Assembly: GCA_964403395.1 (NCBI GenBank)
Contig: CAYOGD010000001.1
Location: 1-54,853, forward strand
DNA: 54,853 nt
Source of the DNA: an uncultured Alkaliphilus sp.
GTDB lineage: Bacteria; Bacillota; Clostridia; Peptostreptococcales; Natronincolaceae
Direction of reading: 5' to 3'
A program made the position numbers and the translations under genes. The notes beneath the pieces are model-generated. The model had not been told where the DNA came from. It ran no database searches and saw only the letters and a list, made by a program, of their open reading frames with translations. This document shows, one piece after another, positions 8,554 through 17,924 of the stretch. The first letter of the stretch is position 1. The number at the start of each line of letters is the position of its first letter.

Positions 8554-9957
8554 ATGAACAAAGGCAAAATACTCAGCAAATTACCCTCGGTGGATGAATT
8601 GCTGAACAATGAGGGGATTATAAACTTACTTGAAGAAATTCCCCGTAATGTAGTGGTGAATGAAATCCGCAACAATTTAGAAAAATATCGCAGGCAAATT
8701 TTATCCATGGATGAAGAATCTTTAGATAAATTTAAAATTGATATAGAGAGAATCATATTTGATACAATCAATAGCAGCTATGAGTTTATGGAGATGAATT
8801 TAAAGGAAGTCATAAACGGAATGGGCACGATATTGCATACTAATCTAGGCAGGGCACTTTTAAGTGAAACCATCAGAGATCAAGTATGGAGCGTAGCCGG
8901 GGGCTACTCTACATTGGAAATTGATATTTCAACAGGAAAAAGGGGAATTCGTTATAGCCATGTTGTTGAAATTATAAAATTTATAACCAAGGCCGAAGAC
9001 GCCCTGGTTGTCAACAACAATGCGGCGGCCGTTATGCTTGCGCTCAGCACGATGGCCAAAGATAAGGAAGTGATCGTTTCCAGGGGAGAATTAGTAGAGA
9101 TAGGGGGGTCCTTTAGGGTACCTGAGGTGATGAAACAGAGCGGTACAAAATTGGTGGATATTGGAACAACAAATAAGACCCATCTATGGGATTACGAAAG
9201 CGCAATAACTGAAAACACGGCGGCTTTACTAAAAGTACACACCAGCAATTATAGAATATTGGGTTTTACAGATAGTGTAAATCTCAAGGATCTGGTGGAA
9301 CTGGGCAAGAAAAATAATATACCTGTGATTGAAGATATAGGCAGCGGTGTTTTAGTGGATTTACGAAAATACGGCTTGGGTTATGAGCCGACAGTACAGG
9401 AAAGTATTGCAGCAGGCATTGATGTAGTTACCTTTAGCGGAGATAAATTGTTGGGAGGGCCTCAAGCAGGTATTATCATAGGCAAGAAATGCTATATAGA
9501 TAAAATGAAAAAGAATCAATTGACCAGGGCCTTTAGAATTGATAAATTGACTCTTGTGGCATTGGAAGCGACCTTGAAACTTTATTTGGATGAGGAAAAA
9601 GCTATAAAAACCATACCCACATTAAGAATGTTAACAGAATCCTTAGATTCCGTTAACAAGAAAGCCAAAACATTATACGATATGATTTTATCAAAAAAAT
9701 TGGATTTAGAGATCGGCATAGATAAGGATTACTCGGAAGTCGGCGGTGGCGCACTGCCTTTGGAAGAATTGCCAACCCATGTCGTAACAATCAGGCCTAA
9801 CAATATTTCATCTTCACAGTTAGAGGACAGACTGAGGAAATACAGCACCCCTATATTTACCAGAGTAAATGACGACAGGGTGATAATCGATCTGCGAACT
9901 GTAAAAGAGGAGCAGTATGAAACAATAGTACAGGCATTAACAGAAGTTACAAAATAA
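8554..9957 (+). CDS. selA: L-seryl-tRNA(Sec) selenium transferase
   Basis: The N-terminus has KLPSVDELL. The PLP-lysine motif FSGDKLLGGPQAG is present. The length is about 467 aa. Start chosen at ATG 8554 (MNKGKILSKLPSVD); the track start at 8542 is the alternative. Confidence 0.9.
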   Translation: MNKGKILSKLPSVDELLNNEGIINLLEEIPRNVVVNEIRNNLEKYRRQILSMDEESLDKFKIDIERIIFDTINSSYEFMEMNLKEVINGMGTILHTNLGRALLSETIRDQVWSVAGGYSTLEIDISTGKRGIRYSHVVEIIKFITKAEDALVVNNNAAAVMLALSTMAKDKEVIVSRGELVEIGGSFRVPEVMKQSGTKLVDIGTTNKTHLWDYESAITENTAALLKVHTSNYRILGFTDSVNLKDLVELGKKNNIPVIEDIGSGVLVDLRKYGLGYEPTVQESIAAGIDVVTFSGDKLLGGPQAGIIIGKKCYIDKMKKNQLTRAFRIDKLTLVALEATLKLYLDEEKAIKTIPTLRMLTESLDSVNKKAKTLYDMILSKKLDLEIGIDKDYSEVGGGALPLEELPTHVVTIRPNNISSSQLEDRLRKYSTPIFTRVNDDRVIIDLRTVKEEQYETIVQALTEVTK

Positions 9958-10082
9958 ATATAGATAGGGGCGGATAACCCTGTCTATCAAATTTTCATAT
10001 TAAATTTTAGTTTCTAATAAATAGGAGCGAATAATCTCGAAGGATTTTATTCGCTTGATGTGTCGGGAGGGTTTTACAATAT

Positions 10083-11987
10083 ATGAAAAACATTATAATC
10101 GGAACGGCGGGACATATAGATCATGGAAAAACTACATTGATAAAAGCACTGACAGGCCATGAAACGGACAGATTGGGTGAAGAAAAGAAGAGAGGCATTT
10201 CCATACAGCTGGGTTTTACGTATTTTGATTTGCCCAGCGGAAGAAGAGCAGGAATTATAGATGTGCCGGGACATGAAAGGTTTGTGAGAAATATGCTCAC
10301 AGGTGTGGGAGGCATGGATATTGTCATGCTGGTTATTGCAGCTGATGAAGGTGTGATGCCGCAAACGAAGGAACATCTTGATATTCTGTCTCTGCTTAAA
10401 ATCGAAAAAGGAATTATTGTGATTACAAAGTCCGCTTCGGTTGATGAGGAATGGTTGGAACTGGTCAAAGAAGATATCAGGGAGAAAGTAGAAGGTACAT
10501 TCCTCGAAAATAGTGAAATAATAGCGGTGGATTCCATCGAAGGTACGGGAATCGATGAATTGATCAATAAAATAGATAGATTGACGGAGGAAACAGAGAG
10601 CAGAGACATCAATGCACCTGCCAGGATGCCCATAGACAGAATATTTACTATTGTCGGATTTGGGACGGTGGTGACCGGAACCTTGACAGAAGGAAAAATA
10701 TCAGTCGAAGATATATTAGAAATTTTACCGCAACAAGTGAAAGTTCGCATAAGAAACATTCAGGTTCACGGACAATCCGTGGGCACAGCATATGCAGGGC
10801 AGAGGGTAGCCATCAATCTTGCAAATGTAAAGTTGGAGGATATTGAAAGAGGGCAAGTGTTGGCACAAACCGATTCAATAGAACCTACAATGATGATAGA
10901 TGCAAAGCTGAATTTGCTCAAAGACATACCAAGGGCTATCAAAAATCGTGACAGGGTGAGAATATATCATGGGGCTACGGAGGTTCTTGCCAGGGTTACC
11001 TTATTGAATAAAGAGGAAGGAAAAGCGGGGGAAAGCATTTATGTTCAATTTAGATTGGAGGAAATCACGGCCGTAAAAAAAGAAGACCACTTAGTTGTCA
11101 GATACTATTCGCCTATGGAGACCCTTGGGGGTGCAATAGTGATCGATGCAAATCCCAAAAAACATAATAGATTTGACGAAAATGTAATTAAGGATTTAGC
11201 TGCCAGAGAACAGGGGAGCCCCGAAGAGATCATAGAAAAACAGATAGATATTCACAGTAAGGAGTTTCCTGATATATCTTTTATAGCAAAACTGACAGCG
11301 CAGCAATTAAACGATATAAAATCATCAGTGTCCGATCTGGCGGATAAAAACAAGATATTAGTATTGGGAAATGATAATGTTATTCATAGAAACTATTATG
11401 AAAATATAAGGGAACAATTAATAAATTTACTGTCGGTTTACCATAAATCTAATCCTCTTAAATTGGGAATGTTGAAAGAAGAGGTCAGGAGCAGATTGTT
11501 CCCTGGAAACAAAAGCAGGAGTATCGATATTTTAATGGATGTATTCGTGGAGAACAAAATTGTAAAAATCGAAGACAAATTTATATCTTTATATGATTTT
11601 GAAGTTGAATTTTCTCCGATTCATAAAAAAATACAGGAACAGCTGGAGCATATATACCTGCAGAAACAATATGCAACACCAAAATTTGAAGACATAGTTG
11701 ATGCCATAGAGTTTGAAAGGAATGATATAGAGCAGGTTTTCGATTCTATATTAGGGAATACCTTGATCAGATTAAATCAAGAAGTTGTGTTCCATGTCAA
11801 ATCATATGAAGATGCCAAAGCAGAACTGATAGATCATATCAACAAAAATGGCAATATCACATTGTCACAATTTAGGGATATATTAGGTACCAGCAGAAAG
11901 TATGCCGTCGCATTGTTAGAATATTTCGATAATGAAAAAGTTACAAAAAGAATAGGCGAGGAGAGAGTTTTATACCGGCAGGTTTAA
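10083..11987 (+). CDS. selB: Selenocysteine-specific translation elongation factor
   Basis: GTAGHIDHGKTTLIKALTG and DVPGHERF give the G-domain. EF-Tu-like domains II and III follow. A long C-terminal winged-helix extension ends ...RKYAVALLEYFDNEKVTKR, typical of the SelB mRNA-binding domain. Confidence 0.9.
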   Translation: MKNIIIGTAGHIDHGKTTLIKALTGHETDRLGEEKKRGISIQLGFTYFDLPSGRRAGIIDVPGHERFVRNMLTGVGGMDIVMLVIAADEGVMPQTKEHLDILSLLKIEKGIIVITKSASVDEEWLELVKEDIREKVEGTFLENSEIIAVDSIEGTGIDELINKIDRLTEETESRDINAPARMPIDRIFTIVGFGTVVTGTLTEGKISVEDILEILPQQVKVRIRNIQVHGQSVGTAYAGQRVAINLANVKLEDIERGQVLAQTDSIEPTMMIDAKLNLLKDIPRAIKNRDRVRIYHGATEVLARVTLLNKEEGKAGESIYVQFRLEEITAVKKEDHLVVRYYSPMETLGGAIVIDANPKKHNRFDENVIKDLAAREQGSPEEIIEKQIDIHSKEFPDISFIAKLTAQQLNDIKSSVSDLADKNKILVLGNDNVIHRNYYENIREQLINLLSVYHKSNPLKLGMLKEEVRSRLFPGNKSRSIDILMDVFVENKIVKIEDKFISLYDFEVEFSPIHKKIQEQLEHIYLQKQYATPKFEDIVDAIEFERNDIEQVFDSILGNTLIRLNQEVVFHVKSYEDAKAELIDHINKNGNITLSQFRDILGTSRKYAVALLEYFDNEKVTKRIGEERVLYRQV

Positions 11988-12074
11988 ATTCGGATACAAG
12001 GTCAGATAATCTTGATATAAAAGCAGTAAAATAATAAAAACAAACCGCACAACGAACGATAAAGAACATATAGT

Positions 12075-12102
12075 AAAAAGGCCGCGGAGCTGTGGCCTTT
12101 TT
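12075..12102 (+). terminator. Rho-independent terminator after selB
   Basis: GGCCGC (12080-12085) pairs with GTGGCC (12092-12097), flanked by an A-tract upstream and TTTTT downstream. Confidence 0.75.
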
Positions 12103-12126
12103 CATGTGTCGTAATAACAGCGACAC

Positions 12127-12156
12127 TGTTAACTTAAATCCAAACACAGGTTGACA
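12127..12156 (+). promoter_or_regulatory. Candidate BirA operator (TGTTAAC-N16-GTTGACA) overlapping the bioY -35 element
   Basis: An imperfect inverted repeat, TGTTAAC (12127-12133) and GTTGACA (12150-12156). It resembles the Firmicutes BirA box (TGTTAAC...GTTAACA) as I recall it. Its position upstream of bioY fits. Confidence 0.35.
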
Positions 12157-12179
12157 GCTTTGCGTATTTAGACTATAAT
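12151..12179 (+). promoter_or_regulatory. Sigma-A-type promoter for bioY
   Basis: TTGACA (12151-12156), a 17-nt spacer, then TATAAT (12174-12179). Confidence 0.7.
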
Positions 12180-12275
12180 CTCTTTAAAATAAATTTAAAC
12201 TGTTTGTATATGTTATGTTTTTATTTTCAACAAAGATATGGATTGTCATATAGCTTCAGTGAGAGGGAATAACAT

Positions 12276-12821
12276 ATGAATAGGAAAGTAAATATAAAAG
12301 AGATGACAAAATTATCATTATGTATAGCATTGATTTGTATATCATCTTATATCATAATCCCACTGCCTTTTACACCGATAATGATCACCGGGCAGACAAT
12401 TGCAATAAATTTGACAGCTTTAATTTTGAACCCCATACACAGTGCCGCATGTGTTGCGATATTTATACTCCTGGGTGCGGGCGGGTTACCCGTATTTGCA
12501 GGTGGAAACAGCGGTTTAGGAACATTGTTGGGACCAACTGGCGGATTTATAACAGGGTTTTTATTTGCGGTTATGGCAATAAGTCACTTAAAAGGCGAAA
12601 AGATAAATCTATTTCGATATCTATTGGTGACCGTTTTTATAGGGATGCCTATAATACATTTATCAGGTGCACTTTATATGAGTTATATATTAAATATAAC
12701 ATACATAAAAGCCATACGGCTTGCCGTAATTCCGTTTTTAGCAGGAGACTCAATCAAAGCCATATTGGCTTCTATAATTGCGGTGAGGTTAAACAATTAT
12801 TTAACATCATTTACTTGCTGA
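12276..12821 (+). CDS. bioY: Biotin transporter BioY (ECF S-component)
   Basis: 181 aa with six hydrophobic segments. LPFTPIMITGQT and GPTGGFITGF resemble the BioY signature regions. Confidence 0.85.
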   Translation: MNRKVNIKEMTKLSLCIALICISSYIIIPLPFTPIMITGQTIAINLTALILNPIHSAACVAIFILLGAGGLPVFAGGNSGLGTLLGPTGGFITGFLFAVMAISHLKGEKINLFRYLLVTVFIGMPIIHLSGALYMSYILNITYIKAIRLAVIPFLAGDSIKAILASIIAVRLNNYLTSFTC

Positions 12822-12827
12822 TAGCAC

Positions 12828-12856
12828 TTTACATATCCAATATTTTAGTGTATATT
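12828..12856 (+). promoter_or_regulatory. Candidate promoter for tRNA-Thr
   Basis: TTTACA (12828-12833), a 17-nt spacer, then TATATT (12851-12856). Confidence 0.45.
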
Positions 12857-12907
12857 AGTGTATAGCTGTACAGGCAAAGCCGTAACGTCTGTTTAAATTT
12901 AATCCGT

Positions 12908-12982
12908 GCTGATGTGGCTCAGAGGTAGAGCACTTCCTTGGTAAGGAAGGGGTCGACGGTTCGATTCCGTTCATCAGCTCCA
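12908..12982 (+). tRNA. tRNA-Thr (anticodon GGU), CCA encoded
   Basis: Cloverleaf read by eye. The acceptor stem is GCTGATG with CATCAGC. The anticodon stem is CTTCC with GGAAG, and the loop is TTGGTAA. The T-loop is GGTTCGATTCC, and a 3' CCA is present. Confidence 0.95.
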
Positions 12983-12994
12983 TACAAACATTAA

Positions 12995-13034
12995 AAAATG
13001 CCGCTTTATGATCTTTGCAAAAGCGGCATTTTGG
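12995..13034 (+). terminator. Rho-independent terminator after tRNA-Thr
   Basis: AAAATGCCGCTT (12995-13006) pairs with AAGCGGCATTTT (13021-13032). Confidence 0.8.
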
Positions 13035-13166
13035 GTTATTATCGCAAGTTTCCACTATTTTTTTATTATTTCATTTGAAAATTTCAAAACGTTATTTTTG
13101 AGGGAATTTAGGGGCAGTATTTTATATAAACACAAAATTGTGTCAGTTAAAAGGAGGGGCAGGAAA

Positions 13167-13421
13167 ATGATCACTATTTTTAATAGAAGGGAACTTCTCG
13201 TAACCTTTTCGATGGAAGAACAGAGCAATATAAGGCAGATCTTATCTCAAAATAATGTAGATTATTATCTTAAGGTTGTTAATAGATTATCACCCTCAAT
13301 TCTGGGTGCTCAAAGAGGTCGGAGAGGTTCCTTCGGGCAAAACATGAATTATAATTATGAATATATATTTTATGTGCATAAAAAAGACTATGATACTGCA
13401 AAGCATATCATCAGCAAATAG
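13167..13421 (+). CDS. Hypothetical small protein (84 aa)
   Basis: ATG 13167 is preceded by AAGGAGGGG (13151-13159). The longer track ORF (from 13008) runs through the tRNA terminator and is unlikely. I recognised no motif. Confidence 0.5.
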   Translation: MITIFNRRELLVTFSMEEQSNIRQILSQNNVDYYLKVVNRLSPSILGAQRGRRGSFGQNMNYNYEYIFYVHKKDYDTAKHIISK

Positions 13422-13447
13422 AAAACCGGCAGGATTCTTTTCACCGG

Positions 13448-14383
13448 TTATTTTTTAATTAAAGGTTCTGTATTTTTTAATCTCCTTTCAAGTTCCACCA
13501 AATCATCGGGTAAAGGTGCTTCTATTTGTACCGTGTTTTTATACCTGGGCTGTAAAAAGGATAAATATGAGGCATGAAGGGCCTGTCTGTTTATTAAATG
13601 AGTATCATCTGTTCCATAGAGGTTGTCACCTATCAACGGATGTCCGAAATGGCTCATATGCACTCTGATCTGGTGGGTCCTACCCGTCACTAAATTTATC
13701 TCCAACATAGTTGCATCTTTATATCTTTTAAGCACTTTAAATTCGGTGAGAGAATGTCGGCCTTCTTGGTTCACCACTCTCTTGATTGAATCGCCGGATG
13801 GCCTTTGTATGGGGGCTTCGATTTTTCCGCTGTTGTCCTCAACAACACCCCACACGAATGCAGTATATCTTTTTTTTATCATATCTTGTTGCATTTGTTT
13901 GGATAATATATGATGAGAATACGGATTTTTAGCGATAATCAACAAACCCGAGGTATCCATGTCCAATCTGTTAACAAACCTGATTTTGTAACTGATATCT
14001 TTGTTTTTTAGGTGCCATGTAATTGCATTGGCGATTGTATTATCCGGATGGCTTTTTGTAGGGTGGGTTACAATTCCGGGCTGTTTATTTATCAATATCA
14101 GATCTATGTCCTCATAAATAATCTCCAAATCGATATTTTGGGGAATAAAATGATTGGACTCTTCTTCCATAACAATTTTGATTTGATTCCCTTCTTTTAT
14201 TATTTCATGATATTTTGAATACTGTCCATCGATAAAAACAGTTTTGCTTCGTTTTAATTTGGATAGTAGACGGCCGGAAAAATCTAATCTTTCTCTTAAA
14301 ACCTGTTTCAGTGTCTTTCCCTCATCATCATATTCTGCATCATAAACGATTACATTTTCTTTTTGTTTCCCTTTTGTTATCAT
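13448..14383 (-). CDS. RluA/RluD-family 23S rRNA pseudouridine synthase
   Basis: S4-like N-terminus, the catalytic motif HRLDMDTSGLLIIAK, and GRTHQIRVHM. Start chosen at MITKGKQ (14383), preceded by GGGAGA. The track ORF extends to 14503. Confidence 0.85.
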   Translation of the reverse strand: MITKGKQKENVIVYDAEYDDEGKTLKQVLRERLDFSGRLLSKLKRSKTVFIDGQYSKYHEIIKEGNQIKIVMEEESNHFIPQNIDLEIIYEDIDLILINKQPGIVTHPTKSHPDNTIANAITWHLKNKDISYKIRFVNRLDMDTSGLLIIAKNPYSHHILSKQMQQDMIKKRYTAFVWGVVEDNSGKIEAPIQRPSGDSIKRVVNQEGRHSLTEFKVLKRYKDATMLEINLVTGRTHQIRVHMSHFGHPLIGDNLYGTDDTHLINRQALHASYLSFLQPRYKNTVQIEAPLPDDLVELERRLKNTEPLIKK

Positions 14384-14594
14384 CTTTATATATTCTCCCA
14401 TTAAATTATTTTTATTAAAGGTTTTTTTTATCGAATATAGAATTATGTTATTATCAAATATAGAAAATGGACATATATAATAATATAGGTTAGATTCAGC
14501 CATCTTAAATATTTGTTGTTTTCTATATTAATTTTTGTATGATAATTGTATAATAGGTAGGCAGTTATATTTTTAATAATAAAGGAGAATGGTT

Positions 14595-15401
14595 ATGCAG
14601 TCCAGTAAAATCATCAATATTGTACACAATAATAGAGAATTATCCGTAAATACGGCAAAAGATTTGAAGGAAAAATTGAGTTCGTTGGGATATAAAGTGA
14701 GTGCCACCTTAGATCGTCAGGCTGAATTAATTGTATCTATAGGTGGGGATGGTACATTTTTAAAAACTCTCAGGGAACACAATTTTCCCGATATTCCAAT
14801 AGTGGGAATAAATACGGGCCATCTTGGTTTTTTTACAGAGGTGACACCCGATGAATTAGAGTATCTGATTGCAAAATATATAGCAGGGGATTTCGTTATA
14901 CAAGAAATTACTCCTATTAAATCAATTATCTGTGCCAGAAGCAGCTGTATAGAAATAATGGGTATCAATGAAATAGTCATTAAAGGTAATAAATCCCATG
15001 TAATTCATTTAGATATTTATGTGGATAATAATTTGGTTCAACATTTCAGTGGGGATGGGATCCTTATATCCACCTCTACCGGAAGCACTGCTTATAATTA
15101 TTCGGCAGGGGGAAGTATAATAGACCCCAGTCTAAATGTTTTGCAGATTACACCCTTAGCTCCTATCAATACAAATGTTTATCGTTCTTTTACCTCAAGT
15201 ATCATTCTGCCCTGTAATGTGGTGATTAAGGTTATTCCGGAATATCATTTTGAGAGTTCCTTAGTTATTGTAATTGATGGTGTAGAGCATAGATATAACA
15301 ATATCATAGAAATTGATACAAAACTATCGGATTGTAAAATAAAGATGCTGAGGTTGTCAAATTTTGAATTTTGGGGCAGGGTTACCAGTAAATTTCTATA
15401 A
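14595..15401 (+). CDS. nadK: NAD+ kinase
   Basis: GGDGTFL, NTGHLGFF and the GDGILISTSTGSTAYNYSAGG motifs are present. ATG 14595 follows AAGGAGA. Confidence 0.9.
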   Translation: MQSSKIINIVHNNRELSVNTAKDLKEKLSSLGYKVSATLDRQAELIVSIGGDGTFLKTLREHNFPDIPIVGINTGHLGFFTEVTPDELEYLIAKYIAGDFVIQEITPIKSIICARSSCIEIMGINEIVIKGNKSHVIHLDIYVDNNLVQHFSGDGILISTSTGSTAYNYSAGGSIIDPSLNVLQITPLAPINTNVYRSFTSSIILPCNVVIKVIPEYHFESSLVIVIDGVEHRYNNIIEIDTKLSDCKIKMLRLSNFEFWGRVTSKFL

Positions 15402-15725
15402 TCCGAAATCATGTATTTCTTTGCACTTTTTGACTTATATCCATAAGAAAATATTTATTAAACTTAATAAAACAAAAAATTCTGCAATTTCGTTATGTAT
15501 TGCTGGATTTTTTGTTTTGTTATGTCTCAAGCCTTTAAATCTAATTTTTAAAATATTTACTATTTGATAAATTTGTTCTATACAGATGTTATTTTCGGAT
15601 TTTATTTGTAGGATTACTGTCGGGCTTTATTGGCGATTACTATTGTTTTTGTAGAGGTTATGGATGTTTTCTGTGATTATCTCATTTATTCTCTTTATTC
15701 CCGGTCGGAAGGCTCCGATAATATC

Positions 15726-15754
15726 TTTACATGGTTGGAAGATAGTGTTATAAT
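15726..15754 (+). promoter_or_regulatory. Sigma-A promoter with extended -10 upstream of the ABC importer
   Basis: TTTACA (15726-15731), a 17-nt spacer, then TATAAT (15749-15754), with TG at 15746-15747. Confidence 0.55.
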
Positions 15755-15869
15755 GTAATTCCTATAATATTTCTAGGTCGTCTTTAAGGAAATATAGCAT
15801 TGTTCGCAACAAAGTTAAGAAGTTGTTTTCAGCAAAGTTATAAAATACATATCCGAAGGGAGGGAAAAT

Positions 15870-16868
15870 ATGAGAAAATTCATCTTAGTACCTGTAATCA
15901 TTGTATTGATGATCTTAGTGCTGACAGCTTGTGGTGGGACTCCCGCTACTTCGTCACCCGAACCGTCGACGGGAAATGATCAACCCGAAAAGATACAAAG
16001 CTTTAATGTTGGCATCTGTCAGTTGCTGCAACATGATGCTCTTGATGCCGCAACCAAAGGTTTTAGAGATGCCTTGACCGGCAAATTAGGCGACAGGGTT
16101 AGATTTGATGAGCAAAACGCTAACGGTGAACCGGATGTCAGTGCTACCATCTGTAATCAGTTTGTATCTTCCGGTGTTGACCTGATCATGGCCAATGCTA
16201 CTCCGGCACTTCAGGCTGCCCAGACATCAACGAATAAAATTCCTATTTTAGGGACTTCGGTCACTGATTATGGCACGGCTCTTGGCATTGATGATTGGAC
16301 GGGCAAAACCGGTAAAAACATTTCCGGTACTTCTGATCTTGCACCCTTAGACCAGCAAGCTATTATGCTAAATGAAATTTTTCCCGATGCGCAGAAGGTC
16401 GGCATTATTTATTGCTCTGCGGAACCAAATTCTAAATATCAGGATAATGTCATTACGGAACATTTGATCGAATTGGGTTATAGTGTTAAAAGCTACACTT
16501 TTTCAGATTCTAATGACTTACAGACAGTAGCCAAAGCAGCGGTATCTGAAAGCGATGTGATTTATTTGCCGACAGATAACACTGTCGCTTCAAACACGGA
16601 AATTATCAAAAATGTTTCTTTACCGGCAAAGGTGCCTATCATTGCCGGAGAAGAAGGAATCTGTAGTGGCTGTGGAGTTGCGACACTCTCTATCAGTTAT
16701 TACGATTTAGGCTATACAACCGGAGAGATGGCATATGAAATTCTTGTTAATGGTGTGGAACCCGGTACCATGGATATCAGATATGCACCTAAATTTACCA
16801 AAAAGTACAATCCGGATATCTGTGATATATTAGGTATCACCCTATCTGATGAATACGAAGCTCTCTAA
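15870..16868 (+). CDS. ABC transporter substrate-binding lipoprotein (ABC_sub_bind / PF04392-like family)
   Basis: Lipobox LTAC. VGICQLLQHDALDAATKGFRDAL is the typical N-terminal signature of this family. Permease and ATPase genes follow. Confidence 0.85.
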   Translation: MRKFILVPVIIVLMILVLTACGGTPATSSPEPSTGNDQPEKIQSFNVGICQLLQHDALDAATKGFRDALTGKLGDRVRFDEQNANGEPDVSATICNQFVSSGVDLIMANATPALQAAQTSTNKIPILGTSVTDYGTALGIDDWTGKTGKNISGTSDLAPLDQQAIMLNEIFPDAQKVGIIYCSAEPNSKYQDNVITEHLIELGYSVKSYTFSDSNDLQTVAKAAVSESDVIYLPTDNTVASNTEIIKNVSLPAKVPIIAGEEGICSGCGVATLSISYYDLGYTTGEMAYEILVNGVEPGTMDIRYAPKFTKKYNPDICDILGITLSDEYEAL

Positions 16869-16970
16869 TTTTAATTTCAGCATCAACGGCCGTTTGCGGT
16901 ATTCTATAGATAGAAGAATGCTGCAAACGGTTCTTTTATAATATAATCATAAAAGAAAGGATATGGGTTT

Positions 16971-17924
16971 ATGGAATTAACAGCATATTTTTTGTCCCTC
17001 AAACCGCTAAATTTATTGGCTGCTTTGCCCGGTAATGTTGTTCAGGGAATTATCTGGGGTATCATGGCTTTAGGGGTATTTATAACTTTTCGCCTGCTAG
17101 ATTTTCCTGACCTGACAGTAGACGGCACCTTTGCAGCCGGTGGAGCAGTGACGGTTGTTCTTATTTTGGCCGGTATGCCCGCACCCCTAGCCCTTGTTAT
17201 TGCCACGATTGTTGGACTTTTGGGGGGGCTTGCCACCGGACTCCTGCATACGTTGTTCGGTATACCAAATATTTTGGCAGGCATTCTGACTCAGATTTCA
17301 TTTTGGTCGATCAATCTTTTGATATTAAACGGAGCAAACAAGGCTGTAAATGTTGATAAGTATTACCTAATTGTTTCACTTCGCAATGTGAGCAGTTCCA
17401 TAGTTACTATGCTGATTTTCGCTGCAGTTTTGGTGAGTATATTATATTGGTATTTCGGAACCGAACAGGGCAGCGCTATTCGGGCCACGGGTAACAATCC
17501 CCAGATGGTCAAAGCCCAGGGTATTAATATTGACTTTATGAAGGTGCTCGCTCTTTGTTTATCCAATTGCTTGGTAGCTTTTTCCGGTGGTCTCATGTCA
17601 CAATTTCAGGGTTTTGCAGATATTAAAATGGGGCAGGGCGCTATTGTTATCGGGCTGGCTGCCGTAATCATAGGTGAAGTGATATGTGATGCATTGATAG
17701 GCAAATATATGAACTTTTATTTTAGATTGACATTTGTTGTATTGGGCGGCATAATTTATTATTCTGTAATAGGCCTTGTCATGTGGTTGAAAATGCCTAC
17801 CGATTTGCTTAAATTATTCACTGCTTCAGTTGTGGCCGTGTTTTTGGCTATTCCTTATCTCAGATCCAAAACGAAGAATTCTTTCGCATCTACAGGTAAA
17901 AGGAGGGTGCAAAAAAATGCTTAG
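16971..17924 (+). CDS. ABC transporter permease (branched-chain-type, BPD_transp_2-like)
   Basis: Polytopic hydrophobic protein lying between the SBP and ATPase genes. It overlaps the ATPase start by 8 nt. Confidence 0.85.
   Translation: MELTAYFLSLKPLNLLAALPGNVVQGIIWGIMALGVFITFRLLDFPDLTVDGTFAAGGAVTVVLILAGMPAPLALVIATIVGLLGGLATGLLHTLFGIPNILAGILTQISFWSINLLILNGANKAVNVDKYYLIVSLRNVSSSIVTMLIFAAVLVSILYWYFGTEQGSAIRATGNNPQMVKAQGINIDFMKVLALCLSNCLVAFSGGLMSQFQGFADIKMGQGAIVIGLAAVIIGEVICDALIGKYMNFYFRLTFVVLGGIIYYSVIGLVMWLKMPTDLLKLFTASVVAVFLAIPYLRSKTKNSFASTGKRRVQKNA

Noticed and set aside
9958-12275. Search for tRNA-Sec (selC) in the gaps flanking selA and selB, and in all other intergenic regions on both strands.
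   Set aside because: Outside the four tRNAs reported, I found no T-loop (GGTTCRA), UCA anticodon loop or long extra arm. The selA-selB spacer contains only small hairpins. This is an eye search only, so a covariance model should confirm it.
12320-12865. A 181-aa ORF in an alternative frame overlapping bioY.
   Set aside because: It lies entirely inside the bioY coding region on the same strand. Its Arg/Cys/Tyr-rich, low-complexity composition is typical of an off-frame translation, whereas the BioY frame gives a coherent membrane protein.
12855-13055. Minus-strand 66-aa ORF, and the plus-strand ORF start at 13008.
   Set aside because: They overlap tRNA-Thr and its terminator. The downstream ORF is better started at ATG 13167, which has a strong RBS.
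15402-15869. Looked for a T-box or other riboswitch upstream of the PF04392-type ABC importer. Related transporters are T-box regulated in some Firmicutes.
   Set aside because: No T-box core (AGGGTGGTACCGCG-like) or specifier/terminator architecture is visible. I found only a sigma-A promoter and a leader of about 100 nt.
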